This document shows, in pieces, positions 41,796-54,171 of a DNA stretch of 64,000 nt. Origin of the DNA: the human T2T-CHM13v2.0 reference genome, Homo sapiens; assembly GCF_009914755.1 (NCBI RefSeq), contig NC_060929.1; one strand, written 5' to 3'. A model generated the notes under the pieces. It was not told the origin of the DNA. It searched no databases and saw nothing but the letters and a program-made list of their open reading frames with translations. Both the position numbers and the translations under genes were made by a program. The number at the start of each line of letters is the position of its first letter. The stretch's first letter is position 1.

Positions 41796-42322
41796 AGGGT
41801 AATCTGTACTAGAGTCTACACAGCATGGGAATCCCAGCTTGGTGTCTCATCCCAGCTTATGCACGGCATGGGGGGCAAGTAAGAGAGAGAGGGGCTCCTG
41901 CCACTGGGCTTTTTAAAGCTAAATATGCATGTCAAAATGCCTCGGATAATCACTTAAAATACAGAAGGTAGAGATTCCATATGGTATGGAGGAAAGAGAA
42001 TGAGAAAAAGAAATCAACTTAAAACAAGAAAAGAGGAGGAAAATTTAGAAAAAAATGGGACAAATTTAAAGCACAAAAACAGATGGAAGAAATGAATGAA
42101 AATAAATCAGTAATTACAGTGAATATAAATGGAATAAATTGGCCAATTAAAAAAATACAAAGATTGTCAGGCTTGGTTTTTTAAATCCAAACAAATGTTT
42201 TTACAAGAGACTTAAAATATAAAGAACATAATTTTTGAAAGCATAGGAAGGAAAAAAAAGATATACTCAGCAAATACTAACTGAAAGAAATCTGAGTAGC
42301 TATAAGCAAAAAGTATACCATC

Positions 42323-42644
42323 TTTTTTTTTTTTTTTTTTTTTTTTTGAGACGGAGTCTCACTCTGCCGCCCAGGCTGGAGTGCAGTGACGCGATCTCGG
42401 CTCACTGAAAGCTCCGCCTCCCAAGATCACGCCATTCTCCTGCCTCAACCTCCTGAGTAGCTAGGACTGCAGGCACCCGCCACCACGCCTGGCTAATTTT
42501 TTCTTTTTTTTTTTTTTTTGTATTTTTAGTAGAGATGGGGTTTCACCATGTTAGCCAGGATGGTCTGGATCTCCTGACCTCAGATCCGCCCACCTCGGCC
42601 TCCCAAAGTGCTGGGATTACAGGCGTGAGCCACTGTGCCCAACC
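42323..42644 (-). mobile_element. AluY-like
   Basis: Antisense dimer with aagctccgcctcc and gttagccaggatgg, TSD tataccatcttt. Confidence 0.92.
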
Positions 42645-43675
42645 AAATATACCATCTTTAAAGATAAATATGATCACCATATTTTGATAAACAGTTCAGT
42701 TCACCAGAAAGATAAATTTTAAATTTGTATGTACCAAATAACCCTGCTTCAAAAATATGTAAAGTTGACAGAACTACAAAGAGAAATTAACAAATAATCA
42801 TTACAGCAGAAAATGTATAATATACCTCTATCAAAATTTAAAGACTAAGCATGTAAAAAATTAGTAATTAATATTTGGGAAACACAAAGCGCTTAGGACA
42901 CTGTCACTAATAACTAGAGAGTACCTATTCCTTTCAGGCACACATGGAATATTTAAAAAGCTGGCCATGTGTTAGGTTAAGAAGTATGTATCAGCATATT
43001 TCAAGGCACTGAATATGCTTCATACAGAACAATTATCTGACTACAACAAAATTAAATCATAACAAAACTCTTACATAGTTGTAAACATTTTTTAATAGAT
43101 CATGGGATGAAGAAAAAGTAATTATGGATATTAGAAAACATTTTAAAGTAAACGACAATGAAAATACTGCACATCAAAGCTTATAGGATGCCACTAAAAC
43201 GCTACTCAAAAGGAAATATATAGCCATAATGGCTCATATTTTTAAAAGCAAATTTGAAATTTAACGATTTAAACAGCCAATTTAGGAAGTTAAAAAGAAC
43301 AACAAAATAAACTCAAAGATAATTAAAGAAAGGAAACAGTAGAGACAAAGGAAGAAATTAATGAAACAGAAGACAAAGATTTAATAATGAGAAGAGCAAC
43401 AAAACCAAACTTTAGTACTTTAAAGAGTTCTGGCAAAACTTGTTAAGATAACAGAATAAAAAACATAAGTAAAGACTATGAATAATAAAGGGGAGATATT
43501 AATACAGATGTTGCAGAGATCAAAAAAGATAATAAGAACATTATGATCAATTTTATGCCCAAAACAAGAAAAAACTAAGGTGAAGTGAATAAGTAAACAG
43601 AACTTGCCAAAACTGACTTGGGAAGAAATAGAAAACCTGAATTGCCATATAACCATTAAAAATAAATAAAATGGC

Positions 43676-43780
43676 AGGCTCACTTTGGCAGCTCATACAC
43701 TAAAACTGGAGCCATACAGAAAAGATTAGCATGGCTCCTGTGCAAGTATGACATGCAAATTCATGAGAATTCCATATTTT
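43676..43780 (+). pseudogene. U6 snRNA retropseudogene (full length, diverged)
   Basis: gctcactttggcagctcatacactaaaactggagccatacagaaaagattagcatggctcctgtgcaagtatgacatgcaaattcatgagaattccatatttt aligns end to end with U6. ACAGAGA box is mutated to ACAGAAA, and an A-rich tail follows. Confidence 0.92.
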
Positions 43781-45339
43781 AAAAATAAATACATAATATG
43801 AATAAAACACCAATAGTATTTGGTTTTGCAAATGAGTTCTACCAGACACTCAAAGAAAAGAGATCACTGTGCAGTCCTATATAAACTCTCTCAGAGGAGA
43901 GAAAAAGAGAGAAACTCTCCTATTTATTTTATGAGAGCAGATTCAAAAATAAGTATCAAAAAGGAAATTACAAGCTAATCAGAAACATGAACATACTTAC
44001 AAAAATTTCAGAGCATTAGAAAACATAATCATGCAATATTTTAAAAGAAAAATATAATTCCTCATGACCAAGTTAGATTTATACAGAAATAGAAGGTTGC
44101 TTTAATATTAGAAATGTTACTAATGTAATTCAGCTCATCAACAAATTAAAGAAGAAAAAACTCTGTGAATATTATATCAATCGAAGCAGAAAAAAAAACA
44201 CTGAGTAAGTTTAAGCATTTATTCACGATTTGAAACACAAAACAAAATCTCTGAGCACATTCTGAATGGAAGGAAACTTCCTTAACCTGAGGAAACACTA
44301 ACAAACCACTTCTAAAATAAGGAGCAGAGCTGGCCATCACACTTCTATTCAACATATTACCGGAGATCAGTCCAGTAAGACAAGAAAAATAAATTTAAAA
44401 AAATAAGGGGGAGAAAACAAAACTATTACTATTCACAGCTAATAACCATCCTCTATACAGAAACCAAAAAGTATCTACAAATTGTTGTCATGAATGAGAA
44501 AGTTGAGCAGCATTGCCAGACATAAAATCAACGTACATTGTCAACTTTTGAAAACTACCACTTATAAGAACAATCAGAAAATTAGACATTGAAGAAGAGC
44601 TAAATAAATCTTTCAATGATTATATACTTTTCTTCATAAAAATCTAGTATGTCTTTTGTTAGATGAGTACCTGGGTGCCTTGTGATTTTGGTTGTTGTTG
44701 TAAGTGTGGTATCCTTTTATAAATTGCATTTTCTTGCTACCTCTTTCTGATACATAGAGAATTGGACTCCATATGTGCAACTGAATTTTGTATACTGATC
44801 TTATGTGCAATACCCTTGTTATACCCTAACATTAATTCAAATGACTCATAGATCCTGGAGGAAAAGACTCAATATTATAAAGATGTTTCTCCTTGCCAAA
44901 TTAATCTGTATGTTCAGAACAATTCCCATTAATCCAAACAGTGTTCTCATAGAAATGGACAAGCTGATTCTAAAATCTGTATGGTTGAGAATAGGCTCAG
45001 GAATAGCCAAGTCTTTTCCAAACAGGAAAAAATAAGATATAGCAATTAAGTCCTTGGTGGTAATGCTGCAAGAATAGACAAATAGACCAGTGGAAAAGGA
45101 TAGAGAATTCAACTAGCACTCAAATACCTATACACCGGGGGACAGGTCCAGTGAAGTCCTAAGCAGCATTTCTTGTAATGGTAAAAAACTCGAAACAATC
45201 CAGATGTCCTTCAACAGATAAATGCATAAATAAATTGAAGTCTATTCATACAATGAAATACCTTTTTTTAAAAAATTATGGCACATTTTAAACATATACA
45301 TAGTAAGGCTCCCTGAACCCCTCACACAGATGTAAATAG

Positions 45340-45761
<422 letters not shown>

Positions 45762-46917
45762 CTGAAGTACTTTAAAACTGTGAAAATGAGCTACAGCTAT
45801 ACCTATCAACAATATAATGTTAAACAATAACAAAAGGTTAGCTACAGAGAAAAGATCATAAAACACGATTTTATATACCTACAAGTGAAATACAGGTAGA
45901 ACAACACGATAGATTGTTTAGGGATACAGAAATATTTGCTGAAAGAAATCAGGGGCTGGAAAAGTTCAGTTTCCTAATCTGACAGGTGGTTCCACTGGTA
46001 TGCTTTTCAATAGTCCTTAAGCCATGTATATGTGTTTTATATAGCGTCTCTTTGGATGCTTAATGCATTTCATTTAAAAATATTTAATGAGTAAATTGAC
46101 ATGTAACAAAGAGATATGACTGAATAGAGGAAGAATTGAGATGTTTATTTTCTTTTTAGTTAATCTCTATGGTCTGAATTTGTTACTATGAACATGCGGT
46201 ATTTCCAAAATAGCATTATTTTTAGGGATTTTTAGGCCCCTTAGAAGAAGGGAGGTGGTTATTTCCTAGCCTAGAGCTAGCTGTTCTTTGATAATTTCAC
46301 CGAGTGCAATGAGAGTTGCCTTCTCAGAGCCACAGGCTGCATCTGGAATGTTAATGCAAGGGCAAATACCTGCCTGCTTGGTCAAATATGTACACTGCTA
46401 ACATGGTAAAGGACGCCCACAGGCTCTGAAATGCCAGAGGGATGACCTTGAGGCCCAGGTGCAGGTGGGGTGTTCAGGGAGGAAGGGCCACACCCAGGCC
46501 TTCTGCAATGGCCTGGCCGGCACATGCCCTCACATGGAAGGAAGCGCAGATGTCAGCTATGTCCTTGTTCACAAAGCTTTACAAAGTCAGGCCTCCAAAC
46601 CCACAGCTATCATCAGGTGGACGCTAAAGGCATGACGGTTCCCTTCCCTCTCTCTATGTGGAAGGGGGAGGGAGCAGTACGCTTGATTCCCTTGGTGGCC
46701 GAGGTGTTCACAGCTGATTTGAATGCCAGATGGAGTAACTCAGACTTCTCCCAAACTTCTTCCCCAACTCGGGGCATGCTGCAGATGCTCAGGAATCATC
46801 TCACTAAGATTCGGAAATGGCACACTTTGACGGGGCTCCTACTACCAGACAGCCTGTGTGTGCTTACTTTTATATGTATTCTGTAACACTGAATTCTTTC
46901 AGGAGTAGGAAAAGTGA

Positions 46918-47255
<338 letters not shown>

Positions 47256-47556
47256 TTATCTTCATTTGAAGTCCAGAGACAGTAAGTAAATTGACCACAG
47301 GCACACAACATGTTAGAAACAGAGTTAGGATTTCAAAGCAAGTCTCCTGAATACTCCTTCTTGTGGGTTGAGGGAAGAAGTCTTTGTTGCCTATAGGCTG
47401 CTCTGGGTGGCAAAGGGCGGTTCCCCTCCCCTCCCCACCCCATCCCACCCTCCCCAGGCCCTGGCTTAGTAGAAGCAAAATTGAGAGGCTAAACCTGGTC
47501 TGCCCCCGCCTTGCTCTGTGGCCACCTCAGCCTGGCATGTGCTTGTGTCTCCTCAG

Positions 47557-47749
47557 GAAGCCAGCACTGTCCTGCACTACGTGCTCCAGCAACCTCCTGA
47601 GCTGCTGCAAGAGCCTGTGGGGGCTCAGGTTCCTTCAGAGACACATGGGAGGCCCCTCGGAGGAGCTATCGGGGGAGCCACTGTCTGAGGAGCCACAGAA
47701 GAGACCTCCCCAGAAAGCGGTGAGGACGCTGCCCTCTGAGGCTGTCTAG
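47557..47749 (+). CDS. HRH2: Alternative distal terminal coding exon of HRH2 (422-aa isoform, adds KPALSCTTCSSNLLSCC...RTLPSEAV)
   Basis: Acceptor gcttgtgtctcctcag|G. AG+G = Arg, followed by 63 codons and TAG in the frame of ORF 47384-47749. 359+63=422 aa, consistent with the recalled long isoform. Confidence 0.8.
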
Positions 47750-50514
47750 ACCTAGCCCCAGGACACTGAAGATACCGCTCCCGGTCCCCAAGATGTGACT
47801 CCTGGAGCTCCTAAGGACCCAGTCTCCAAAGCCACCAAGGACTCACCCTGGACTGAATCTGGGGGCTCCCAGAACACACAGCTGGGTGTGGGGTCCTCAG
47901 GCCTAGGGCGGAACAGCCTATTCTGTGCTCAGCATTCCCAGACAGGCACGCAAGACTCCTCTGGGCCCGAGTGGGCTGAATCCCATGGGTTCAAAGCTCA
48001 CGTTGGTGCTGGCCCTGGGAGTCATGAGCAGAGACGGTGGGACAGACGGGGATGCGTGCACATGTGTGTGCATGGGTGCATACGTGTAGGGACGTGCATG
48101 ACCTCTGAGCAAGGCAGAGGGTATTGAAGAAAGCATTGGCCTCTCACTCCCTCATGGGTTCTGCAGGATGAAGGAAAGGAAAGGAAAAGACAGAGAAAGG
48201 AAGGAAATAGCTTTTCATGAGCACCTACTGTGTACCAGGTGCTTCCCTGGCATGAGCTCTCGTAACCCTTATAGCAACATGAGTTTAGAGCAAGAATCAC
48301 ACCCCGACTTTACAGAGATGGAAACTGAGGCTCAGAGAAGTAAGGGACCTGCCCAAGGCCACTCAGCACCTAGAAAGTGTGCCTAGCACATAGGAGGCAC
48401 ACAAAAATATGTGTTGAATGGGTGAATGAATGAGAGAACGGGTGAAAAGCCAGGCCTCAAGCCCACACTACTGACACTGCACTACACCACCTCTCAGGAG
48501 AGAAGGCAAATATTTCCTTGACTCAGCCACCTTCCTCCTAGCAAGGCTTAGACCCCCAGGCTCTGGGGGTCCCTTCCTGCTACAGTATGACCCTCTCTGG
48601 TGCTTGTCATCAAGAAGTGGTATGCGGTGGACTTGCTGGAGAGAGTGTCTGCAGCCAGGCATCATGGAGGGAGGGATGGATCTTGAGGGACTGTAATGGT
48701 TGTGAATGGGGGAGTTGGCCCCCAGCACTCTCTGGTGGCCGTATGACCTTGGGCACGTCTCCTGACCACTCTAAGCAGCTTTTGATTCCCCTGTCCAAGA
48801 GGGTAGGCCCCCTGTTCCTATTTACAGGATCCATAAAGAGACTCAAAGAGATAGGGTAGTGCCAGCCCCAGAGAGAGGGGGCTGTGGAGGGACTTCTACC
48901 CCCAGGGCTTCTCAGTGGCATCTCCTGGCTGGCCCCTGACACTCAATCTTCCTTGGTTTCCAAGATGCTTCATGATCTTCCCCCTCCCTGACATCCCCGA
49001 CCTCCCTTTTCTGTCCCTTTTGCAACTCATTGTCCTCTACCTGCCATCAGATGTGGCTGTTCCTCAGTCTCAGTCCAGAGTCCTCTCTTCTCACTCAGCA
49101 TCTCTCCTCCTGTGACCTCGTCTGCACCCACAACTCCAGTTACAAGGCACGAGGTTTGGTTATGAAATCACTCACAGATTTATAACTGCAGGCTTGGCTC
49201 CTTCCGGGAGCTTGAGACCCACTGCCGCCTCCGCAACACCTCCACCTGGGAGTTTCAGAGGCGCTCTCCCTCAGCGTGTCTGCAGCTGCGTGCCTGCAGC
49301 TGCGTGCCTGCCTTCTCCCTGCACCTGCTCTGCTCCCCAGGTCCCTTTCTCAGACCAAAGCCTGCCCGGGCTTCACAGGCTGAGGGTCCACCTTGCCACC
49401 TCCGTTTGCCTCAGTCCTCATGGAGCCCTGGCTCCACTGTCTGCTGGCTTCTCCCCATCTACTCTGTGTCACTCCATCCGACCACCATTGTCTCCATCAG
49501 GACAGTTGGAACACCTCTTCTCAGCACTCTCGCCCCCACCCAGTCCACCCCCTACCTGACAGCCAGAGTGGGCCATGCCAGATGCAACCCAGGTCATGCC
49601 ACACAGGTAGATAAAACCATCTTCAGCCCAGCCCTCAGGCCCTGTGTGCTGGGACCCTGCTGGGCCCTCTCCAGCCTCCCCCTGCGCCAGGCCTCCTCCG
49701 TCACTTCACTCTGGCCCTGCTGTTCTTTTCCTTTTAGTTTGATTAACTCACTCTGCCCATTCCATGCTCAAAGCTGTTTCCGTGAGGAAAGGCTCCTCCT
49801 GCTCATTTTAGTGCCCTGAAATGTCACTTCCTTGAGGAAGTCTTCCTTGACCCTCCACACCAAACCAGGCCCCCTGCCACACCCCTCAGAGCTCTCCTTG
49901 GAAGGCACTGGCATGGCTGTTTGCGTGATTCCTTGAACGTTGTCTGTCTCTCCTCCTCACCAGGCTGTGGGTCCTGTCTGTTTCTGGTGACCGTTGTCTG
50001 TCTAACCCCTAGAGGAGAGTTTGTCACATGGTAGGAGCTTAATAAATATGTGTTGGATGAATGATCAGAGAAAAGAGAGTGCAGAGAGTGGCCAAAACAG
50101 ATGCTTTCAGCAGTGTATCTGCCAATAAACCTAAAGGCATGATTTGCCCTGGTGATCCCCCCAGAGGTGCTTAGTCTCTTGGCTGAATTCCTTCTGGAAT
50201 CCCCAGAATCCCCCTCCTTGGAAGTTTTCCCAGGAGTCTGAGGCAGGCAGGTCTCTCAGTCACGGCCACATGACCTCAAGTGAAAACAAACCAGTCTGGC
50301 TGTTCACAGACTCAGCTGGTCAGAGCTCTGGCCCGAGGGGCCCACGCACCACCCGCCACTGCAGAAGACGCCTCCACGTCTGTCTCTGGGCTGCCTCCAC
50401 CTTCTGCAGGCCTCCTGGAGCCTCTGCTGGCTGCAGAAGTGGGGTGCATGCTGCCTGGAGGAGGAACATCTGTGGTGGGACCCCAAATCCATGTTTGTGT
50501 TACCATCGTGTTCC

Positions 50515-50520
50515 AATAAA
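50515..50520 (+). terminator. Likely polyadenylation signal of the distal HRH2 terminal exon
   Basis: AATAAA followed about 30 nt later by a U-rich element (ggttttatttttt). Other AATAAA hexamers at ~50041 and ~50124 are alternatives. Confidence 0.6.
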
Positions 50521-53410
50521 ACTATCGAAACAGATGCTGCCTCACGGTTTTATTTTTTAACTTCCTGGTGAGGAAATGCTTCCCAAACTTCATCATACGG
50601 TGTCTTGATTTAGAAAAAGAGTCATGATAAAATGCTGGGGTAAAGGCCAAATTAAAAATTGCCTCAAAAAGTAAAGACGTTTTCCAGAAGCTAGTTTCAT
50701 CTTAAAGAGCCACACCAGAAATGAGGGAAGGGCTGGCTGATCAGAAGGACCTGGAGACCCAGGTAGTTGGGAGAAGCTTGGTAAGTGTTCCTGGAGTGGA
50801 ATAATTCTGAAACTGTCAGATGCAAAGACACCTTTTTTACGTGGGAGAAACAGGTATCTTTAAAATAGAAAACTTGCCAATCAAACAAGCCCACAATAGA
50901 GAGTGGGTGGATGAGGCACAAGTAAAAACCAGGTCAAGAGAAAATGCATGGATTTTGTGCAAGGAATGAATCCCAGAGCTACCAACAAAAGGGTTTTGAG
51001 GAGGAAGGAAGGGGGCAGGCCGGAGTTGAGGATGATGTTTGATCACCGCAATGTCAGCCGTGAGCCGTGCTCCCTGGCATGGTAGGAGGAAGCTAGAGGT
51101 TGTGAAATTCTGAGCTTCCAACCCTCCAGAAGAACCCACTAAGACACACCTTGACAAATTTTCACAAGAAGCAGAGAAGAGATTGTGTGTAAATCAAAGC
51201 TTACAGGAACTGCTCGGCTGAAAATGAGTTTAATATATATTTCAGGGGAGAAAAGACAAAGCTGGAAGACTTGGGAAAGGTGAAGGTAGTAAATCGGGTT
51301 GGCAGATGATGCTAAGCAGTCCTGAACTGAACTGCTAACCCCTGAGCGACAGCCACGGGGGTGATGAATATCGGGGCTCTTTACAGTCAAGCAGCCAGGA
51401 CTGGGGCCTGGGAACTACAACGTCCAGAATCCTGTGCCGGCAGGCTCAGATGCCACCAGTGGGAATCGGAGAAGCAAAAACTGTGATCGTTAACTAGGCA
51501 AAGGGGAATGGGGTTGCAGAGGGGGAAGGAGACCAGAGAGTCTTTGGGAAACTACTAAGACTAGGGGATGTGAGCCCCAAACAGGCCCCATGGGCAGACT
51601 GGAGGCTTGGCGACCACATCAGGAATTGTGTCTCCTCCCATGAGTCACGGGAAGGCTTTGAAAGGTTTTCAGCAGAGGGGGCTAAAATGATGCGGTCTGT
51701 GTTATGAAAAGAGTATTCAGGCTCCAGTGGAGAAAATAGATCAGGGGGAGGATCGGGGGCAGATCGTGAGTCCCCTGCAGCAGGTGGGGGTGGACAGGAA
51801 CATTCTATGAGCATCTGCTCACTGCAGACCTCAAGCTACATCTGGGAACCCAAAGGAATCAAAGCTCGTGCCCACCTGAAAGATGGGCATGCACCAAAAC
51901 GTTACAAGGGAATGAGGGAAGAAATGAGCTGTGTGGAAAGTGGGGTGGCTGCGGCTGGGAGGGAGGCGCAGTGCTCGAGTGTGGGAGGAAGTGGACCCAA
52001 GAGCCGTGAGGTTCTAGAGGAAAAGGCTCCTGAGTACCCTGGTTCGGGTGGTGTTTAAACCCAGTTTAGATGCAAGGTGGGTGAGTTGCTCGGTAGCCAG
52101 ATTGAGGGATGGTTTGGAATCCCATCCCAGCTGAGCTGGGTGGGATGGAGAATCCCATTCTACTCACAGTGACTTTGCTGTGAGCCCCAGCAAAGCACCC
52201 GGAAATTCCCCGTGCTTGGTGTGGCCATCAAGACTACTGTCGAGGGAGAGTTCATCATCCGCATTGTCCAGATGAGGGAATGGAGCTCAGAGAGTTCAGG
52301 TGGCTCTCCCCATGTCACACAAGCAGGAAAGCATCGCTGGGGACACACATTTGCCACCGGAATTCCAAGCATCCAGTGAGAATTCAGGACCCTCAAGCCT
52401 GCAGGGTGAATGGAAGGAGCCCCGCCACCCCCACTGCCCCAACTGTCAACAGACCTCAGGGCTCATAACTCAATGTTTCGGAGGTCTTTGCAGAAGTCAG
52501 TGCCGTGTCCCTGACCTCCTCATTCAAGGTCACAGAGCACAAAGTGCTTCTCACGTCCTGAGATGCCACTGGGCAAGCTGCTGCACTGGTCTGGCCTGAT
52601 CTTGGCCCTCACCACCGGGGCCATTTGGGGCATTGCCAGAGTTCTCGTGCATCTGGTGGGCCTGGCAGGACTCTCGGGGAAATAGGGCCCCAAAGGGACG
52701 CAGTCTGGACCACGTGGCTCCCAGATAAACCATCTGTCACTTTCCACTGACTTTTACGAGCCCCTTCCTGTACCCAGACATGATGTCAGCCCTTCTGCAG
52801 CCACCAGCTCGTCTCTTCTGCGACCAGCCATCCCAGGTAGAGATTAGCATCCCCATGAGCTGTTAACAACTCCAAAATTAACAACCCGAACAAGCAGCAT
52901 AGCTGGGGCTCCAGCCAGATTCGCTTGTCTCCAAAGTCCAAGTCTTTTCTTTATACATTTATCTTGAAATTAATTGTTAAGGACATAACTGATAATAGAC
53001 ATACAATCTCTTTTTAAAATGGAAACATTACAGAGAAAAGTAGAGTTTATTTGACCCCCTGCCAACAATCTTTTTTCCCTAGCAATTTCTTTGCATGCAA
53101 CCACTGTTATCCTAGTCTGCTGTATGGTATTTGGATCAGTTTTATTTATTTTGTTTTTTTAACAGAAAAGTTATACTGCACCTAAGGAACCAAACTCAAC
53201 AGTATGTCTTCAAGTTTCAACCATGCTAGCACATAAAGATCTTCCTCATTATTTTTAGCCATGGGAAGGTGTTCCGTGCTATTGGTATTGGTAGGTACCC
53301 CACAGTTTAGCTGTCTTCCTAGCCACAGACATTTATTTCTCTTTTGTTGGCTGTTTAAACAGTGATATGCTGATCATCTCATGCACGTGTGCAAGTGCAG
53401 TTTTTTTGGT

Positions 53411-53437
53411 TGTGTGTGTGTGTGTGTGTGTGTGTGT
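53411..53437. repeat. (TG)13 microsatellite
   Basis: Read directly from the sequence. Confidence 0.95.
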
Positions 53438-53776
53438 TTAGCATAAGTGTACCTGCAAGTGTTTTTCTGGATGTGGAGTATACATGCTGCCTAACAGCCC
53501 TCCAGAGAGGCAAAGCATGTTCACACTCCCACCAGCAACACTGGGAAGAAATTGTCTCTTTACAGCCTCAACATCCCACCTGTGCCTTCTAGTCCTTCTA
53601 GTCCTCCTAGAGATGCCCTACTTCCAGTGCAGGACAGAAAAGGTAGGTAGAAGAAATACTCAGACTTCTCCTGAGGCTCACCCCAGGCTCTTCATGAGCT
53701 CTACCAAGTCCTGCCTTCCTCCTTGGATCTCTGTGGAGGAAGCCAGCCCTGCCCGAGTCACCCAGCTCTTAGAGGC

Positions 53777-54171
53777 TGTATCAGCTAAGAGTGGCCACAG
53801 GAGTGCTGTGTAACAAACATCCACAATATCTCTCGGCATGTGGCAGTAAATATTTATTTAGCTCATTCATCTGTAGGCAGCTAATCTAGGATGGGCTCTG
53901 CTGGGATGGTTCAGCATTGCTTCAGGTGTCTCCCATGCTCTCCTGGGACCAGCAGGGCCACCCAGGCATGTTCTTCTCTGGGAAACGGCAGGAACATAAG
54001 AGACAAGCCCAGCAACACATATGCATTTCAAGTTTCTGGGCCTCTCTTCTGCAAACACACCATGAGCCAGAGCAAGTCCCATGGCCAAGCCATGGATGGA
54101 GCAAGTAAATCCACCCCTTCTCTCTCCAGTGGAACTGAGGTGAGGGGTGAATGACTATCTAATCCGCCACA
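53777..54171. mobile_element. Old MLT1 (H/I/J-like) LTR
   Basis: tgtatcagcta...gctgtgtaacaaacatcc...tatttatttagctca...ctatctaatccgccaca. Confidence 0.65.

Noticed and set aside
47384-47556. 5' part of ORF 47384-47749 as a standalone gene
   Set aside because: Non-ATG start. Only the part after the acceptor at 47557 is supported, as an HRH2 exon.
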